Below are positions 38,014 to 50,889 of a DNA stretch of 64,000 nt, one piece after another. The stretch is from contig OX597838.1 in NCBI GenBank assembly GCA_951406725.2, forward strand, positions 22,940,001-23,004,000, read 5' to 3'. Every line of letters begins with the position of its first letter. Positions within the stretch are counted from its first letter, which is position 1. A program made the translations under genes and the position numbers. Source of the stretch: Octopus vulgaris (taxonomy: Eukaryota). The notes beneath the pieces were generated by a model that made no database searches, was not told where the DNA came from, and saw only the letters and a program-made list of their open reading frames with translations.

Positions 38014-38048
<35 letters not shown>

Positions 38049-38257
38049 CTGTGTTTGTCCCCCTAGCATCGCTTGACAACCGATGCTGGTGTGTTTACGT
38101 CCCCGTCACTTAGCGGTTCGGCAAAAAAGAGACCGATAGAATAAGTACTGGGCTTACAAAAAATAAGTCCCGGGGTCGAGTTGCTCGATTAAAGGCGGTG
38201 CTCCAGCATGGCCGCAGTCAAATGACTGAAACAAGTAAAAGAGAAAAGAGAAAGAGA
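37851..38257 (+). mobile_element. SINE A (flanked by partial copies 37620-37830 + and 38300-38445 -)
   Basis: Full-length young copy. Confidence 0.85.
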
Positions 38258-38259
38258 GA

Positions 38260-38297
<38 letters not shown>

Positions 38298-38635
38298 ATA
38301 ACGGGCTTCTTTCAGTTTCCATCAACAAAATATACTCGCAAGGCTTTGGTTGGCCTTGGGGCTACAATAAAAGACATTTGCCAGGCAGTGGGACTGAACC
38401 TGGAGCCAAGTGGTTGGGAAGCAAACTTCTCGTAACATAGCCATATCTGGTCACTTAGTGTCCGGGGGGGGGGGGAGTAATGAGTGGAAGTGGATGGTGT
38501 CAGGTAGTGCAAACGTGCAGAGAATATGGCACAACGTGGCCTTCATTCACATCCGTGTCTCCGCATTTCCCATTCTTGGCAGACAAGAATATTTTGAAGT
38601 GAGAGAGAACTTGTTTTATCAATCTTTCATGTTCA

Positions 38636-39160
38636 CGCCACCGCCGCCACCACCACCACCACCACCACCACCATTACCATCATCATCCCTACCATCACCA
38701 CCACCGTTATCAGTACAATCGCTGGTAGAACCGCCACCACCACCATCATACCACCACCACCACCACCATTGTCACCACCACTATCATCACTGTCACCACA
38801 GAACCACCACTATCACCACTACTGCCGCCACAACCACCACCACCACTGCCATCATTGCCACTATCACCACTACCACCATTACCACCACCACTGTTGTCAC
38901 CACTATCATCATACCACCATACCACCACTGTCATCACTGTCACCACTATCACCAGCAGAACCACCACCACTGCCATCATTGCCACTATCACCACTACCAC
39001 CATTACCACCACCACCACCACTGTTGTCACCACCACGATTACCACCATAACCACCACCACCACCACGATTACCACCACAACCACCACCACTGTCATCACT
39101 GTCACCACTATCACCACTATCACGCCACCATTACTGTCACCACCATCATTGCCGCCATGT
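38636..39160 (+). repeat. Degenerate (CAC/CAT)n tract
   Basis: Trinucleotide repeat, open in several frames. Confidence 0.85.
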
Positions 39161-39727
39161 CAAATGACTCATGACTTTTGCACACACACACATAAACACC
39201 CACATAACAATACAACAAGGCATTCATGAGACTTTCAATCCATATAAACCAATGAGAGAGAGAGGGAGGAAGAGAGAGAGAGAGAGAGGGAGGGAGAGAG
39301 AGAGAGAGAGAGAGACAAACAGACAGACGGGCGAACCCTATTCAGTGGTTCGTAACTGGGGCCCAAATGACCCTTGCTGGTCCGTGTAAGATTTTGTCGT
39401 TGAAGTCTATGTGCAATAAAGTGGTTATACTCCAATGCTCAAAGATACCTGAACAATTCTTTATATAATTCGGAATAATGTTTGATTATAAAAAAAAAGG
39501 CGGCAAGCTGGTAGAATCATTAGCACGTGGGGCAAAATACTTAGTGGCGTTTTGACTGCTTTTACATTCCGAGTTCAAATCCCGCCGAGGTCGACTTTAC
39601 TTTTCATCCTCTTGGGGGGTGGGGGTGGAGGCAATTAAATATGTACCAGTTACACACTGGGGTTTATACAATCAACCAGTCCCATCCTCCAAATTTCAAG
39701 CCTTGTACCTATATTGTACAAAATCGG

Positions 39728-39908
39728 AGAAAATGATAAGGAGTGTATAAAATCATAAATGACGAAGAAATAGTTTTATGAAATTCTAATACCATGACAA
39801 ATTGCTATGAGACAATTTGTCATGGTAACAGAATTTTCTTATTGTTAAATAAAATTTCATAAAACTATTTCTTCGTCATTTATGACTTTGTATACTCATT
39901 ATTTTTTC
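39728..39908. mobile_element. Palindromic MITE-like/foldback element
   Basis: cataaatgacgaagaaatagttttatgaaatt ... aatttcataaaactatttcttcgtcatttatg, with inner hairpin taccatgacaaattg/caatttgtcatggta. Confidence 0.6.
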
Positions 39909-40112
39909 TTATACACATACGTGTATATATATATATATATATATAAAAGGTATTGGTATCTAGAAGACACAAAGAGTAGCAGGTAATGCTAAGTAAGTGC
40001 TAAGGACAGACCATAGTTAAACGCTTGGTTCGATAGTGATACAAATGAGGAGTTTAATTGGGTCGTGTATTAGCATGCATAGAATATATATATATGTATA
40101 TATATATCCATG

Positions 40113-40372
40113 GCTTTTGCCAGCCTTGCCCGGCCTCCGTGCCGGTGGCACGTAAAAAGCACCATCTGATTGTGGCCGTTTGCCAGCCTTATCTGGCACG
40201 TAAAAAGCACCCACTACACTCTCGGGGTGGTTGGCATTAGGAAGGGCATCCAACTGTAGAAACATTGCGAAATCAGACTGGGCCTGGTGCAGCCTTCTGG
40301 CTTCCCAGACCCCAGTTGAACCGTCCAACCCGTGCTAGCATGGAAAGCGGACGCTAAACAATGATGATGATG
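40113..40372 (+). mobile_element. RTE 3' UTR fragment
   Basis: Same tail, (GAT)n end. Confidence 0.75.
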
Positions 40373-40616
40373 ATTGATAGAAATGGTAAGACAACAAAAG
40401 AATGAAAGAGCCCTTGATATTGTGTAAATAGAGGAACTTATCTGTAAACATGATATGTGATAATTATTCGGTAACCATGATAAAACACAGAGTTTCAGAT
40501 GTTGATGGTTGGATAACTGAAGAGATGGCAGCATGGGTTTCCGCCCCGACATCCAAAACTCGGAGTTTTATCATGGCTACTGAATAATTGTCACATTATG
40601 TTTACAGATATATATA

Positions 40617-41112
40617 TATAAATACAGTGTACATTTAAACACATAAGAGGTATCCATTACAGGACTCCTTGCACGCTAGAGAGAACAGTTAAATTCCAAA
40701 CCACTATAAGGGATAAAATTTCGAAGGGAATGAAAAATAAAAACATTTACCATCTAACTCCTGGACCAATGGTTTCAGACTTTTTTTTAGCAAATAAAAT
40801 AATTTGCTAGGCGAAGTCTTCATCAGCAGGTACACCTTAGATTAAATATATATACACGAGGCAATCCAGTATATGCCCCGTGCTTATACATTCTAATTTT
40901 TCAAATCTACCACGCAAGATGGTAAATGTTTTTATTTTTCATTCCCTTCGAAATTTTATCCCTAATAGTGGTTTGGAATTTCACTGTTCTCTCTAGCGTG
41001 CAAGGAGTCCGGTGATGGATGCCTCTTATGTATTTAAATGTACACTGTATTTATATGAATAATATATAGTCTATTGACTAAATTTTTACACGCTAGGCCA
41101 CTGGTAATGGAA

Positions 41113-41115
<3 letters not shown>
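40617..41115. mobile_element. Foldback element with ~140-bp inverted arms (40617-40755 / 40917-41056) and hammerhead in the spacer
   Basis: Arms read as reverse complements with few mismatches; (TA)n flanks. Confidence 0.7.
40760..40830 (-). ncRNA. Type I hammerhead ribozyme
   Basis: CCUG-CUGAUGA-[AGACUU..UAGCAAAU/AUUUGCUA..AAGUCU]-GAAAC-CAUUG-GUC-CAGG. All three helices pair; GUC cleavage triplet at 40766-40764. Confidence 0.8.
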
Positions 41116-41171
<56 letters not shown>

Positions 41172-41179
41172 TATGTATT

Positions 41180-41399
41180 AGACAAAAACAGATAAAAAAG
41201 CCAATGCTGTGAGGAGTTTTCAGGACATTCATAAGGAAAGAAATATAATCTTACAGCTGTTTCTGGGATATTATGGATATCCCTTCATCAGAGACGATGT
41301 AAGATTGCTGAATAGAGGTAAACAGTTGTAAGACTATATCTCTTTCCTTATAAATGTCCTGAAAACTCACAGCCTTGGCTTTGTTATCTATTTTTGTCT
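41180..41399. mobile_element. Foldback element with ~75-bp inverted arms and minimal hammerhead
   Basis: agacaaaaacagataa...cttaca versus tgtaag...ttatctatttttgtct; TA-repeat flanks. Confidence 0.65.
41249..41294 (-). ncRNA. Minimal type I hammerhead ribozyme
   Basis: UCU-CUGAUGA-A[GGGAUAU..AUAUCCC]A-GAAAC-AGCU-GUA-AGA. Palindromic AGCU loop III typical of Penelope-associated minimal hammerheads; A-A mismatch at the base of helix II. Confidence 0.75.
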
Positions 41400-41421
41400 T
41401 ATATATATATACATACAAATA

Positions 41422-41755
41422 CATGGCTCAGTGGTTAGAGCGTCGAGCTTACGATCGTGAGGTTGTGAGCTCGAATCCCGGACCGGGCTGCGTGTTGTGT
41501 TCTCAAGCAAGGCACTTTATTTCACGTTGCTCCAGTTCACTCAGCTGTAGAAATGAGGTGCGACGTCACTGGTGCCAAGTTGTATCGACCTTTGTCTTTC
41601 CCTTGGATAACACTCGTGACGTGGAGAGGGGAGGCTGGTATGCATGGGCGACTGCTGGCCTTCCATAAACAACCTTGTCCGGACTTGTGTCTAGGAGGGT
41701 AACTTTCTAGGTGCAATCCCATGGTCATTCATGACAGAAGGGGGTCTTTACCCTT
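41422..41755 (+). mobile_element. SINE family D
   Basis: tRNA-like head TGGCTCAGTGGTTAGAGCG..TCGAATCCCG; relatives at 1-150, 22570-22700, 23165-23500. Confidence 0.8.
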
Positions 41756-41762
41756 TACATAT

Positions 41763-42610
41763 GTGTGCAAGAGAGACGTTTGCGCTGGTATGGTCATGTG
41801 GCGAGAATGGATGAAGATAGTTGTGTGAAAAGTGCCACACCCTAGCGGTTGAGGGAACCTGTGGAAGAGGCAGACCCAGGAAAACCTGGGACGAGGTGGT
41901 GAAGCACGACCTTCGAACTTAGGTCTCACCGAGGAAATGACTAGAGACCGAGACCTCTGGAAGTGTGCTGTGCGCGAGAAGACCCGGCAGGACAAGTGAG
42001 TCCACAACCCGTGGCCTTCTACATGGGATGGAGCCAGCCTACGTATGCATACCTTCCCTTCTTGGGACACAAAACTCTACTTGCGAAGACGTGTTGAGGC
42101 AAGTGAGGATCAGAATCGAAATCGATCAATGGAAATTGCGGATGTGCTACCAGTGCCGGTGGCATGTCGAAACTCTGCTTGTGAAGACCCATTGAGGCAA
42201 GTGAGGATCAGAATCGAAATCGATCAATGGAAATCGATCAATGGAAATTGCAGATGTGTTACCAGTGCCGGTGGCATGTAAGAGAACCTTCCGTTTCGCG
42301 ACCGTTGCCAGCACCGCCCCGTTTCGTGTTCGTTGCCAGCCTCGCCTGGCCCACGTGCCGGTGGCACATAAAAAACACCATCCGTTCGTGGCCGTTTGCC
42401 AGCTCTGGCTGGCACCAGTGCGGGTGGCACGTAAAAAGCACCCACTACACTCACGGAGTGGTTGGCGTTAGGAAGGGCATCCAGCCGTAGAAACACTGCC
42501 AGATTTGACTGGGCCTGATGAAGCCTTCTGGCTTCACAGACCCCAGCAGAACCGTCCAACCCATGCTAGCATGGAAAACGGACGCTAAATGATGATGATG
42601 ATGATGATGA

Positions 42611-42612
<2 letters not shown>
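41763..42612 (+). mobile_element. 5'-truncated RTE-clade LINE
   Basis: Frameshifted C-terminus RRLRWYGHVARMDED...GRGRPRKTWDEVV...RDRDLW, then a 3' UTR with internal repeats and (GAT)n tail. Confidence 0.85.
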
Positions 42613-42649
<37 letters not shown>

Positions 42650-43068
42650 GGGATGGCTTTGAGGTGAGAAGTTTGCTTTCCAAGAACAATGGCTTAGTTC
42701 AGTCCCACTGTGTGGCATCTCAGGGAAATTGCCTTTTGCTACAGCCCTCGGCTGACCAAAGCCTTGTGAGTGGATTTGGTAGATGGAAACTAAAAAGAAG
42801 CCTGTTCTAAATGTGTGTATGTGAGTGTTTCCTAGTGTGTGTGTGTATGTTTCCTAGCTTGATATGGGATAGTCGTAAACAAGTGGCACCGCCACACAAG
42901 CATTTCCAATATTCTGCAAAAACACATTTCACAACAAGGTGAAGGGGAGAGGAGAAATACTAGCTTACTTTGAAAGCAGTTGAGGGTTGGAGATAGGAAA
43001 GGCACCCAGCCATAGAAAATCTGCTTCAGAAAACTACATCTGACCCATGAAGGCATGGAAAAGTGTGA

Positions 43069-43474
43069 GGCGCAGGAGTGGCTGTGTGGTAAGTAGCTTG
43101 TCTACCAACCACATGGTTCCGGGTTCAGTCCCACTGCGTGGCACCTTGGACAAGTGTCTTCTACTATAGCCTCGGGCCGACCAATGCCTTGTGAATGGAT
43201 TTGGTAGACGGAAACTGAAAGAAGCCCGTCGTATATATGTATTTATATATGTGCGTGTGTGTGTGTTTGTGTGTCTGTGTTTGTCCCCCTAGCATTGCTT
43301 GACAACCGATGCTGGTGTGTTTATGTCCCTGTTACTTAGCGGTTCGGCAAAAGAGACCGATAGAATAAGTACTGGGCTTACAAAAGAATAAGTCCCAGGG
43401 TCGAGTTGCTTGATTAAAGGCGGTGCTCCAGCATGGCCGCAGTCAAATGACTGAAACAAGTAAAAGAGTAAGAG
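43069..43474 (+). mobile_element. SINE A
   Basis: Full-length. Confidence 0.85.
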
Positions 43475-43614
43475 TTAAAACTATGATGTTGACCATTAAC
43501 ATCATCATCATGAAATACAATTTTCACCGATACAAACCATCACCGTTCTCTTTAGATTTTGCATTTTTGTATTTTTTAACTAAAATTCTGGAGTTTAATA
43601 AATTTAACTATGTT

Positions 43615-44041
43615 AAGCACCATCCGTTTATGTCCGTTGCCAGCCTCGCCTGGCCCCCGTGCCAGTGACACGTAAAAGCACCATCCGTTCGTGGCCGTTT
43701 GCCAGCTCTGTCTGGCCCCCGTGTCGGTGGCACGTAAAAGCACCATCCGTTCGTGTCCGATGCCAGCCTCGCCTGCCCCCCCCCCCGTGCCGGTGACACA
43801 TACAAGCACCATCCGTTTCGTGGCCGTTTGCCAGCTCTGTCTGGCACCTGTGCGGGTGGCACGTAAAAAGCACCCACTACACTCACGGAGTTGTTGGCGT
43901 TAGGAAGGGCATCCAGCCGTAGAAACACTGCCAGATCTGACTGGGTCTGATGAAGCCTTCCAGCTTCACAGACCCCAGTTGAACCATCCAACCCATGCTA
44001 GCATGGAAAACGGATGCTAAATGATGATGATGATGATGATG
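43615..44041 (+). mobile_element. RTE 3' UTR fragment with ~60-bp internal repeats
   Basis: Four gcaccatccgtt units, then the conserved tail. Confidence 0.8.
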
Positions 44042-44209
44042 AATTCAATACAGATAATGGGACAGATTTTTGGGAAAGGAGTGTACAGTTGGAATTTTTT
44101 TGCCATTGATCATTTGTTGGTGTCAGACAAAGCAGAAAATACATCCGTATGCAAAGAGTAGTGTTTCTCTATGTCTATAATGGATGAATGAAATTTTGCC
44201 GAGAAATAG

Positions 44210-44705
44210 GAAGGGAGAGAGAGAGGTGGGGAGAGAATGGGAAGATGGGAGAGAAAGAGAATGAGTGAGAATGAGAGGGGAAGAGAGGAGAGAGATACAG
44301 AAGGAGAATTAGAGAGAATGGGTGAGAATGGGAGAGAGAGCAGGGGAGAGACAGAGAGGGAGAGATACAGAATGAGAGAATGAGTGAGAATGTGAGAGAG
44401 AGAGAGAACAGGAGAGAGACAGAGAGGGAGAATGAGAGAGAGGGAGAGATACAGAAGGAGAATGAGAGAGAATGAGTGAGAATGAGAGAGAGAGAGAGAG
44501 CAGGGGAGAGACAGAGAGGGAGAATGAGAGAGGGGGAGAGAGGGAGAGATACAAAAGGAGAATGAGAGAGAGAGAGCAGGGGAGAGATACAGAAGGAGAA
44601 TGAGTGAGAAAGCGCAGGGGAGAGACAAAGAGAGAGAATGAGAGAGAGAGAATGAGTTGAGTGAGAAGAAAGAGAGCGAGAATGGGAAAGAGAGAAAAAG
44701 GGAGA
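44210..44705 (+). repeat. Polypurine (GA-rich) minisatellite
   Basis: gagagatacagaaggagaatgaga units. Confidence 0.9.
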
Positions 44706-45120
44706 GCAGTTATAATCAGGATTGGATGGCATTTTATTATAAAAAGCCGGATCTAAATTACGATTATGATGATGATGATGATGATTTACATATTGTGAAT
44801 AAGTTCTTAATTCTTCCACTCAAATTTCCTTCCTTTCTTCTCTCACATAAAGAAAAAAAACTGGTTTTTCTCACTGATTCTTGAGCCAGAATAAAGAAGT
44901 TTTCAATAAGTCACTCGACTTGCTAGAAATAGCAGCCACATTTCCTACAAATCACTTCCCACCATTTCTATTTTTAAAAAATGGTGTTTGGCGGTGGTGG
45001 TGAGGTGATCCAATAAGGGTGAAAAATTGAATATTAATTTGATTAATATCAATTTAAAACCAGTGGTCTAGCATATTGAAAAGTCTGAAGATTCAGAAAA
45101 AATTATATTACATACATATA

Positions 45121-45514
45121 GGCGCAGGAGTGGCTGTGTGGTAAGTAGCTTGCTTACCAACCACATGGTTTCAGGTTCAGTCCCACTGCGTGGCACCTTG
45201 GGCAAGTGTCTTCTACTATAGCCTCAGGCTGACCAAAGCCTTGTGAGTGGATTTGGTAGACGGAAACTGAAAGAAGCCCGTCATATATATGTATATATAT
45301 GTGTGTTTGTGTGTGTCTGTGTTTGTCACCCCAACATCGCTTGACAACCGATTTGTGTGTTTACGTCCCCGTAACTTAGCGGTTCGGCAAAAAGAGACCG
45401 ATAGATTAAGTACTAGGCTTACAAAGAATAAGTCCTGGGGTAGATTTGTTCGACTAAAGGTGGTGCTCCAGCATGGCCACAGTCACATGACTGAAACAAG
45501 TAAAAGAGTAAAGA
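45121..45514 (+). mobile_element. SINE A
   Basis: Full-length. Confidence 0.85.
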
Positions 45515-45515
45515 G

Positions 45516-45656
45516 TATAAGAGGGATGACCTGTAAGTGGACATCCATTGTGCTAGAAGATCTGCTATGGTCTTACCATTCCTTTGTTAGTGGTAAGACC
45601 ATAGAAGATCTTCTTCTAGCATAATGGATGTCCACTTACAGTTCATCCCTCTTATA
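45516..45656. mobile_element. Hairpin MITE (Tc1/mariner-type, TA flanks)
   Basis: taagagggatgacctgtaagtggacatccatt...aatggatgtccacttacagttcatccctctta; nearly fully self-complementary. Confidence 0.75.
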
Positions 45657-45794
45657 TAATAGTTTCACTTTAATAGTTTCAGTATTAAAGTGAAAGCATC
45701 TGACATTACAATACAGAGATGTTTTTGTTTCACTTTTGACACGCAATACTGAAATAGTGGAGAAGATATGATATTGCTGTAGGCTCGCACTAAG

Positions 45795-46415
45795 CAAGAA
45801 GCTCTTCACAGTTGTTGGACCAAAATGAAGTACCAAAAACCTTCCCTAAATTCAAGCTCTTCAAAAAGAAGGTTATGGTGACTGTTTGGTGATGAACTGC
45901 TGAACTCATCCACTATAACTTCTTAAAATCCAGGCAAACCATTACTGCAGAAACATATTGCAATGAAATTGCGAAAATGAGTGAAAAACTGCTACTCCAC
46001 TGTCCCAGACTAATTTAAATAAAAGAGGGTCAAACATTCATCATAACAATGCTTGACCACACATTTCCCTAATGACACTCCAGAAGCTGAGGGAAACTTG
46101 GCTACGAACTTCTTCCCGACTCAGCTTATTTCCCAGACCTTTCTCCTGCTGACTACCACTTTTTCAAGCACCTTCATGGCTTCCCGTAGCGGAGTTCAAA
46201 AATCAAACCGATGCTGAAAGTGTGTTCAAAGAGTTCATCAGCTCCAGAACTCCAGATTTTTATGTTACCAGAATAAACAAACTTGTAACTCGTTGGTGAA
46301 AATGTGTTGATTGTAATGGAACTTACTTTGATGAATAAAATTTCCATAATTGTTGAAATGTATTGTGATGAATTTCATGTTTCAAAACGTTGCTTACCTT
46401 TTACTCTGCCTGATA
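45795..46415 (+). pseudogene. Decayed mariner transposase C-terminal half with right TIR
   Basis: Frameshifted KKVMVTVW, HHNNA.PH, YFPDLSPADYHFFKHL, GINKLVTRW.KCVDCNG.YFDE-like remnants. Confidence 0.8.
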
Positions 46416-47061
46416 TTTTGGAGGTGTGTGTTTGTGTTGGGGGTTTAATTCTCTCCAGCATGACTTTGAATCTAATTGTGCCATTAATCGTTTGACTTTC
46501 AGATTAGCCTGTCAAATTTAATCCTTATTTATTCACATTGTCTTGTAGCTTATCTTGTAGCTTCAAGATTTCAATGTTGTGACTGTTGACTTTTAGAACA
46601 AAATTGTAGGGTAGGTGTGAGGGACCAGATCTAGCTGGTTTGAACATTAAATAGGGCCACATAAGACTGGTTTGAATAAGAAACAAGCAGAGTATTTGGG
46701 CCTCATAAAGCTGGTTTGAGCATAAAACAGGTATAATATTTGGGCCACATACAGCCAGTTTAAATGCAAAAGGGTGGGTCAAAGGCTAGTTTTTTTGCAG
46801 TGGTCAGCTAGCATTTGTTAAGCAGATGAAATGAAATGGACAGGATGGTTGTAAAGGTACTTTTAGATCATTATTGACTTTATCATCATTATCGCTACTA
46901 TTGTTCATTGAACATCACAAATACCATAACCATCATCATTATCATCAATAACAATAATTTTTTCTAATTTGGGCACGTGGCCAGCAATTTTGAGGGAACA
47001 ATTCTGCCATCTTGCAGCTGTTTTCAGTAATAATAGTAGAAAGTACACGAGGTATATATAA

Positions 47062-48154
47062 CAGGTGTTCTTAACCGGTTTTCTTTTTACCTATGGATCC
47101 CTATTTGATTGCTATTTTATTCTGGTGGACTCCCATAGCCATTCAATGTTTAAAAACTTAATTTAAACCCTAATCCTAAATTTATAGAATGTTATTACCT
47201 CCGCCTTAGCGAAGGTATTGTTTTCAGTTGTGTTTGTTTGTTTGTTTGTCCATGGACAAGATATCTCAAGAACTACTGGATGGATTCTGATGAAACTTTC
47301 AGGAATGTTTAGCCTCATGACTGGCATGAACTGATTAGATTTGGTACTGGACAAGGATTCTGGATTATTTTTCCGGTTTTTTTTACTTAATTTTTGAGAG
47401 CAGTCGGATTCATTTTTAGCATTCTCGTTAGTGAGAGCAGTCGAGTTTATTTCAGATATTCTCATTTTAAACATCATGCAGGTGATATGTAAAAAAACCA
47501 ATTGAGCGTGGCTATTACCAGTACTGCCTGACTGGCCCTTGTGCCGGTGGCACGTAAAAGCACTCACTATGCTCTTGGAGTGATTGGCGTTAGGAAGGGC
47601 ATCCAGCTGTAGAAACTCTGCCAGATCAGACTAGAGCCTGGTGCGGCCATCTGGCTCACCAGTTCCCAGTCAAACTGACCAACCCATACTAGCATGGAAA
47701 GCAGATGTTAACCAATGATGATGATCATCATCATCCGTCGCAGGTGAGCTGCAAGATGCAGGAGGAAAGAGTGAGAGAAAGTTATGGCGAAAGAGTCAGC
47801 AGAAGTTCGCCATTACCTTCTGCCGGAGCCGTATGGAGCTAAGGTGTTTTGCTCATAAACACACACATCACCCGGTCTGAGATTCAAACGCGATCCCTCA
47901 ACCGTGAGTCCGCTGCTCTAACCACTAGGCCATGTGCCTCCTTGTTCGTTAATGTTTTTACACAATAATTTGTGTAGGTTGAACTATGCAAAATGCTGGA
48001 GAAAGAAATCTTGCTGTTTCTTGCAATACAGACCAATATATACAACTAAAGCAAATACTGATGTGGATCCCTAATTTAATATTCTGTTGTGTGGACCCGC
48101 AAACATCTGATGTGGAGCCTCAGGGGCCAAATGGACCCTGGATGAGAACCACTG
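47062..48154. mobile_element. hAT (Charlie/MER5-like) non-autonomous element with nested repeats (~47191-47480 unclassified, RTE tail 47505-47725, SINE head 47735-47940)
   Basis: CAGGTGTTCTTAACC ... GGATGAGAACCACTG termini; GTGGA(C/T)CC subterminal motifs. Confidence 0.6.
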
Positions 48155-48464
48155 GTATACAATAGAACGAAGACGGGAAGTAGGCATAATATACAATAGT
48201 AAAAAGAAAGAGAAAAGAAGGACGATGGTGATGTGGTGTGTGTGTGTGTCTGTATTTATCTCTTTAACTGGTACAAATCAATAAATGGCATAAACATTGG
48301 TGAGAAAACAAAATAGTACTTTCAGAGTAAAACATCTGGTAATGTTTACTCTGCCCGAGTTACACAGACACTCCCTTGTTACTCTTAGAGTCAGTAATCC
48401 AGAGAATCAATGTGAATAAACAAGCTTTACATTTGACAAAGTCATCTGAATGCTAAAGCATTAA

Positions 48465-48910
48465 CCCTTTCATTACTGTATTTATTTTGAGATGTTCTGA
48501 GTTTCTTTCAATTAATTTTAACCCTTTAGCATTTAAACCGGCCATATCCAGCCAAAAGTATTCTGCCTGTTTTATGTTCAAACTGGCCAGATCTGGCCTC
48601 TCACACCAACCCTACAATATCGTTTTAAAAATTAACAGCTACCTCATCAAAATCTCAATGCTATAAGATAAGGCATGATTAGTTAAAAACAATGTGGATA
48701 AAAAAGGATTAATTTTGGCAGAATAATGCGAACACTAAAGGGTTAAATATAACAAAGAATTTAGTAAAATAACTTCATTATCATTCAGTTGGTGTTAGAA
48801 ACATAAATTATGACTAAGGTTTGGTGAAAGAGTTTAATTCAAAACTTATGAAAACAAGACATTTGTACTCAGAGCCAGAGACGGTTTCAGCCGGGTTGGC
48901 AACAAAAGGG
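48465..48910 (-). mobile_element. piggyBac-like MITE containing a nested second piggyBac-like MITE (48522-48742)
   Basis: Both have TTAA|CCCTTT...AAAGGG|TTAA ends; the empty site matches the 15266 copy. Confidence 0.8.
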
Positions 48911-49410
48911 TTAAACTGAAAAACATCAATACATGTCAAAGTGACAAAGAAACGAGGAAGGTACGAGGTGGTCATGAGATGTGCTAAAAACAACAGCTAA
49001 ATCGCCCTTATATCACACACAGGTCTAGGGACAGTATAGAAATGGCTGATGATGATGATGATAGTAACAACAATGACCATGATGAGGTGATGTGATAAAT
49101 CATGATAATAATGTTGATAACGATGGTGTCCTAATGATAGCCTTGTTGATTAATGATGATGACAATAACAATAATTATGATATTTATGATCTACATTTAC
49201 AATGACAAGGAGAGGAAAAGAGCCTACCTTTGCTAGAAACAAAAAAATTATTCTTCTGTAAGAGACAAACTTTTGATAATTGGAATGTGTACAGAAAGGT
49301 GTGCAAATCAATGAGGTATTGTCACACCTGTATCAAGGTGTGGTGATGATTGTGCCATTTCACAATAAAATCACATATATGACATCACACCTTGAATTGT
49401 TAAAGAATGA

Positions 49411-50190
49411 ATGGCTGTGCTGTAAGTAGCTTGCTAACCAACCACATGGTTCCCGGTTCAGTCCTACTGCGTGGCATCTTGGGCAAGTGTCTTCTGCTAT
49501 AGCCTCGGGCCGACCAAAGCCTTGTGAGTGGATTTGGTAGACGGAAACTGAAAGAAGCCTGTCGTATATATGTATATGTATGTGTGTGTATATGTTTGTG
49601 TGTCTGTGTTTGTCCCTCTAACATTGCTTGACAACCGATGCTGGTGTGTTTACGTCCCCGTCACTTAGCGGTTCAGCAAAAGAGACCGATAGAATAAGTA
49701 CTGGGCTTACAAAGAATAAGTCCTGGGGTCGATTTGTTCAACTAAAGGCGGTGCTCCAGCATGGCCGCAGTCAAATGACTGAAACAAGTAAAAGAAAAAG
49801 AAAGAAAGAAAAAGAATATATATGTATAGGCATAGGTGTGGCCGTGTAATAAGAAGCTTCCCTCTCAACAACCTGATACCTTAGGCAAGTGTCATTTACA
49901 ATTACTTCAGGTCAATCAATGTTTTGTGATTGGGTTTGATAGACAGAAACTGGAAGATGCCCATCATATATGCGTGTGCTTGTGTGTGTGTGTGTGCATG
50001 TGCATTTGTCTAATACTGTTAAGCAACAGGTGTTGGTGTGTTTACTTCCCTGTAACTTAGCAGTAAGCAAAAGACACTGATTAAGTACCCAGCTTAAAAA
50101 AAAAAAGAAGGAGGTCAATTCATTTGACCAAAAATTCAAGGTGATGCTCCAGCATGACCAGGGTCTAATAACTGAAACGAATAAAAGGAC
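49411..50190 (+). mobile_element. Two tandem SINE A copies (young 49411-49800, old 49830-50190)
   Basis: Family match. Confidence 0.8.
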
Positions 50191-50307
50191 ATATATATAT
50201 CACCGTGACCGACCAGGCCATCAGATGTTGTTACACATCGCTGGTCACAATGCGCTTCACATTGTTTTAGCCTTCAAATGATGCCACCCCGCTGGCTAAG
50301 CGAGCAG

Positions 50308-50359
<52 letters not shown>

Positions 50360-50889
50360 AGAGTTTACGGAAAAATAGGTGGTGACCAAAATAGGTGGTG
50401 TAGAAAACAAACAGATGTATTAGTATAACACTCAGGAAAAGAAAAAGTCTTTTAACATTTCGAGCCTATGCTTTTCTACAGAAAGGGACACAGAAAAAAC
50501 AAGGAGAGAAGAAAAATGTGTGTAGAGGCTACTGATCTATCATGCCGACTGCCGGACAGAAGGGTCACACAGGAGAGTGAAGAAGTAGGGAAGATAACAA
50601 AGTAAAGATGACCCCCACAACGAAGGTGTGTGTGTGTGTGTGTATAAGAGAGTATGTGTGTGTGTGTGTGTGAAAGAGTGCTGGTGGTCTTGACGTGTGT
50701 ATGTGTAGGTGTGAAAATGTGGCGATGGGAATTGGTCAGTGCTGGTGTGTGGGTGGTGTGTTGTGATATGATGTGTAGTGTGGTGTGATGTTATTGGGAG
50801 GTGGGGGAGGCGAGAGTGGGGAAGCATGGGTGGGGTTTGGGTTAGGCTGAGGGTTGGGGTGGAGTTGGTGTATGTGGATATATATATAA

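Noticed and set aside
38410-39229. His/Pro/Thr-rich 254-aa ORF (resembling His-rich structural proteins)
   Set aside because: Degenerate (CAC)n open in several frames on both strands; starts inside a SINE; no convincing splice sites.
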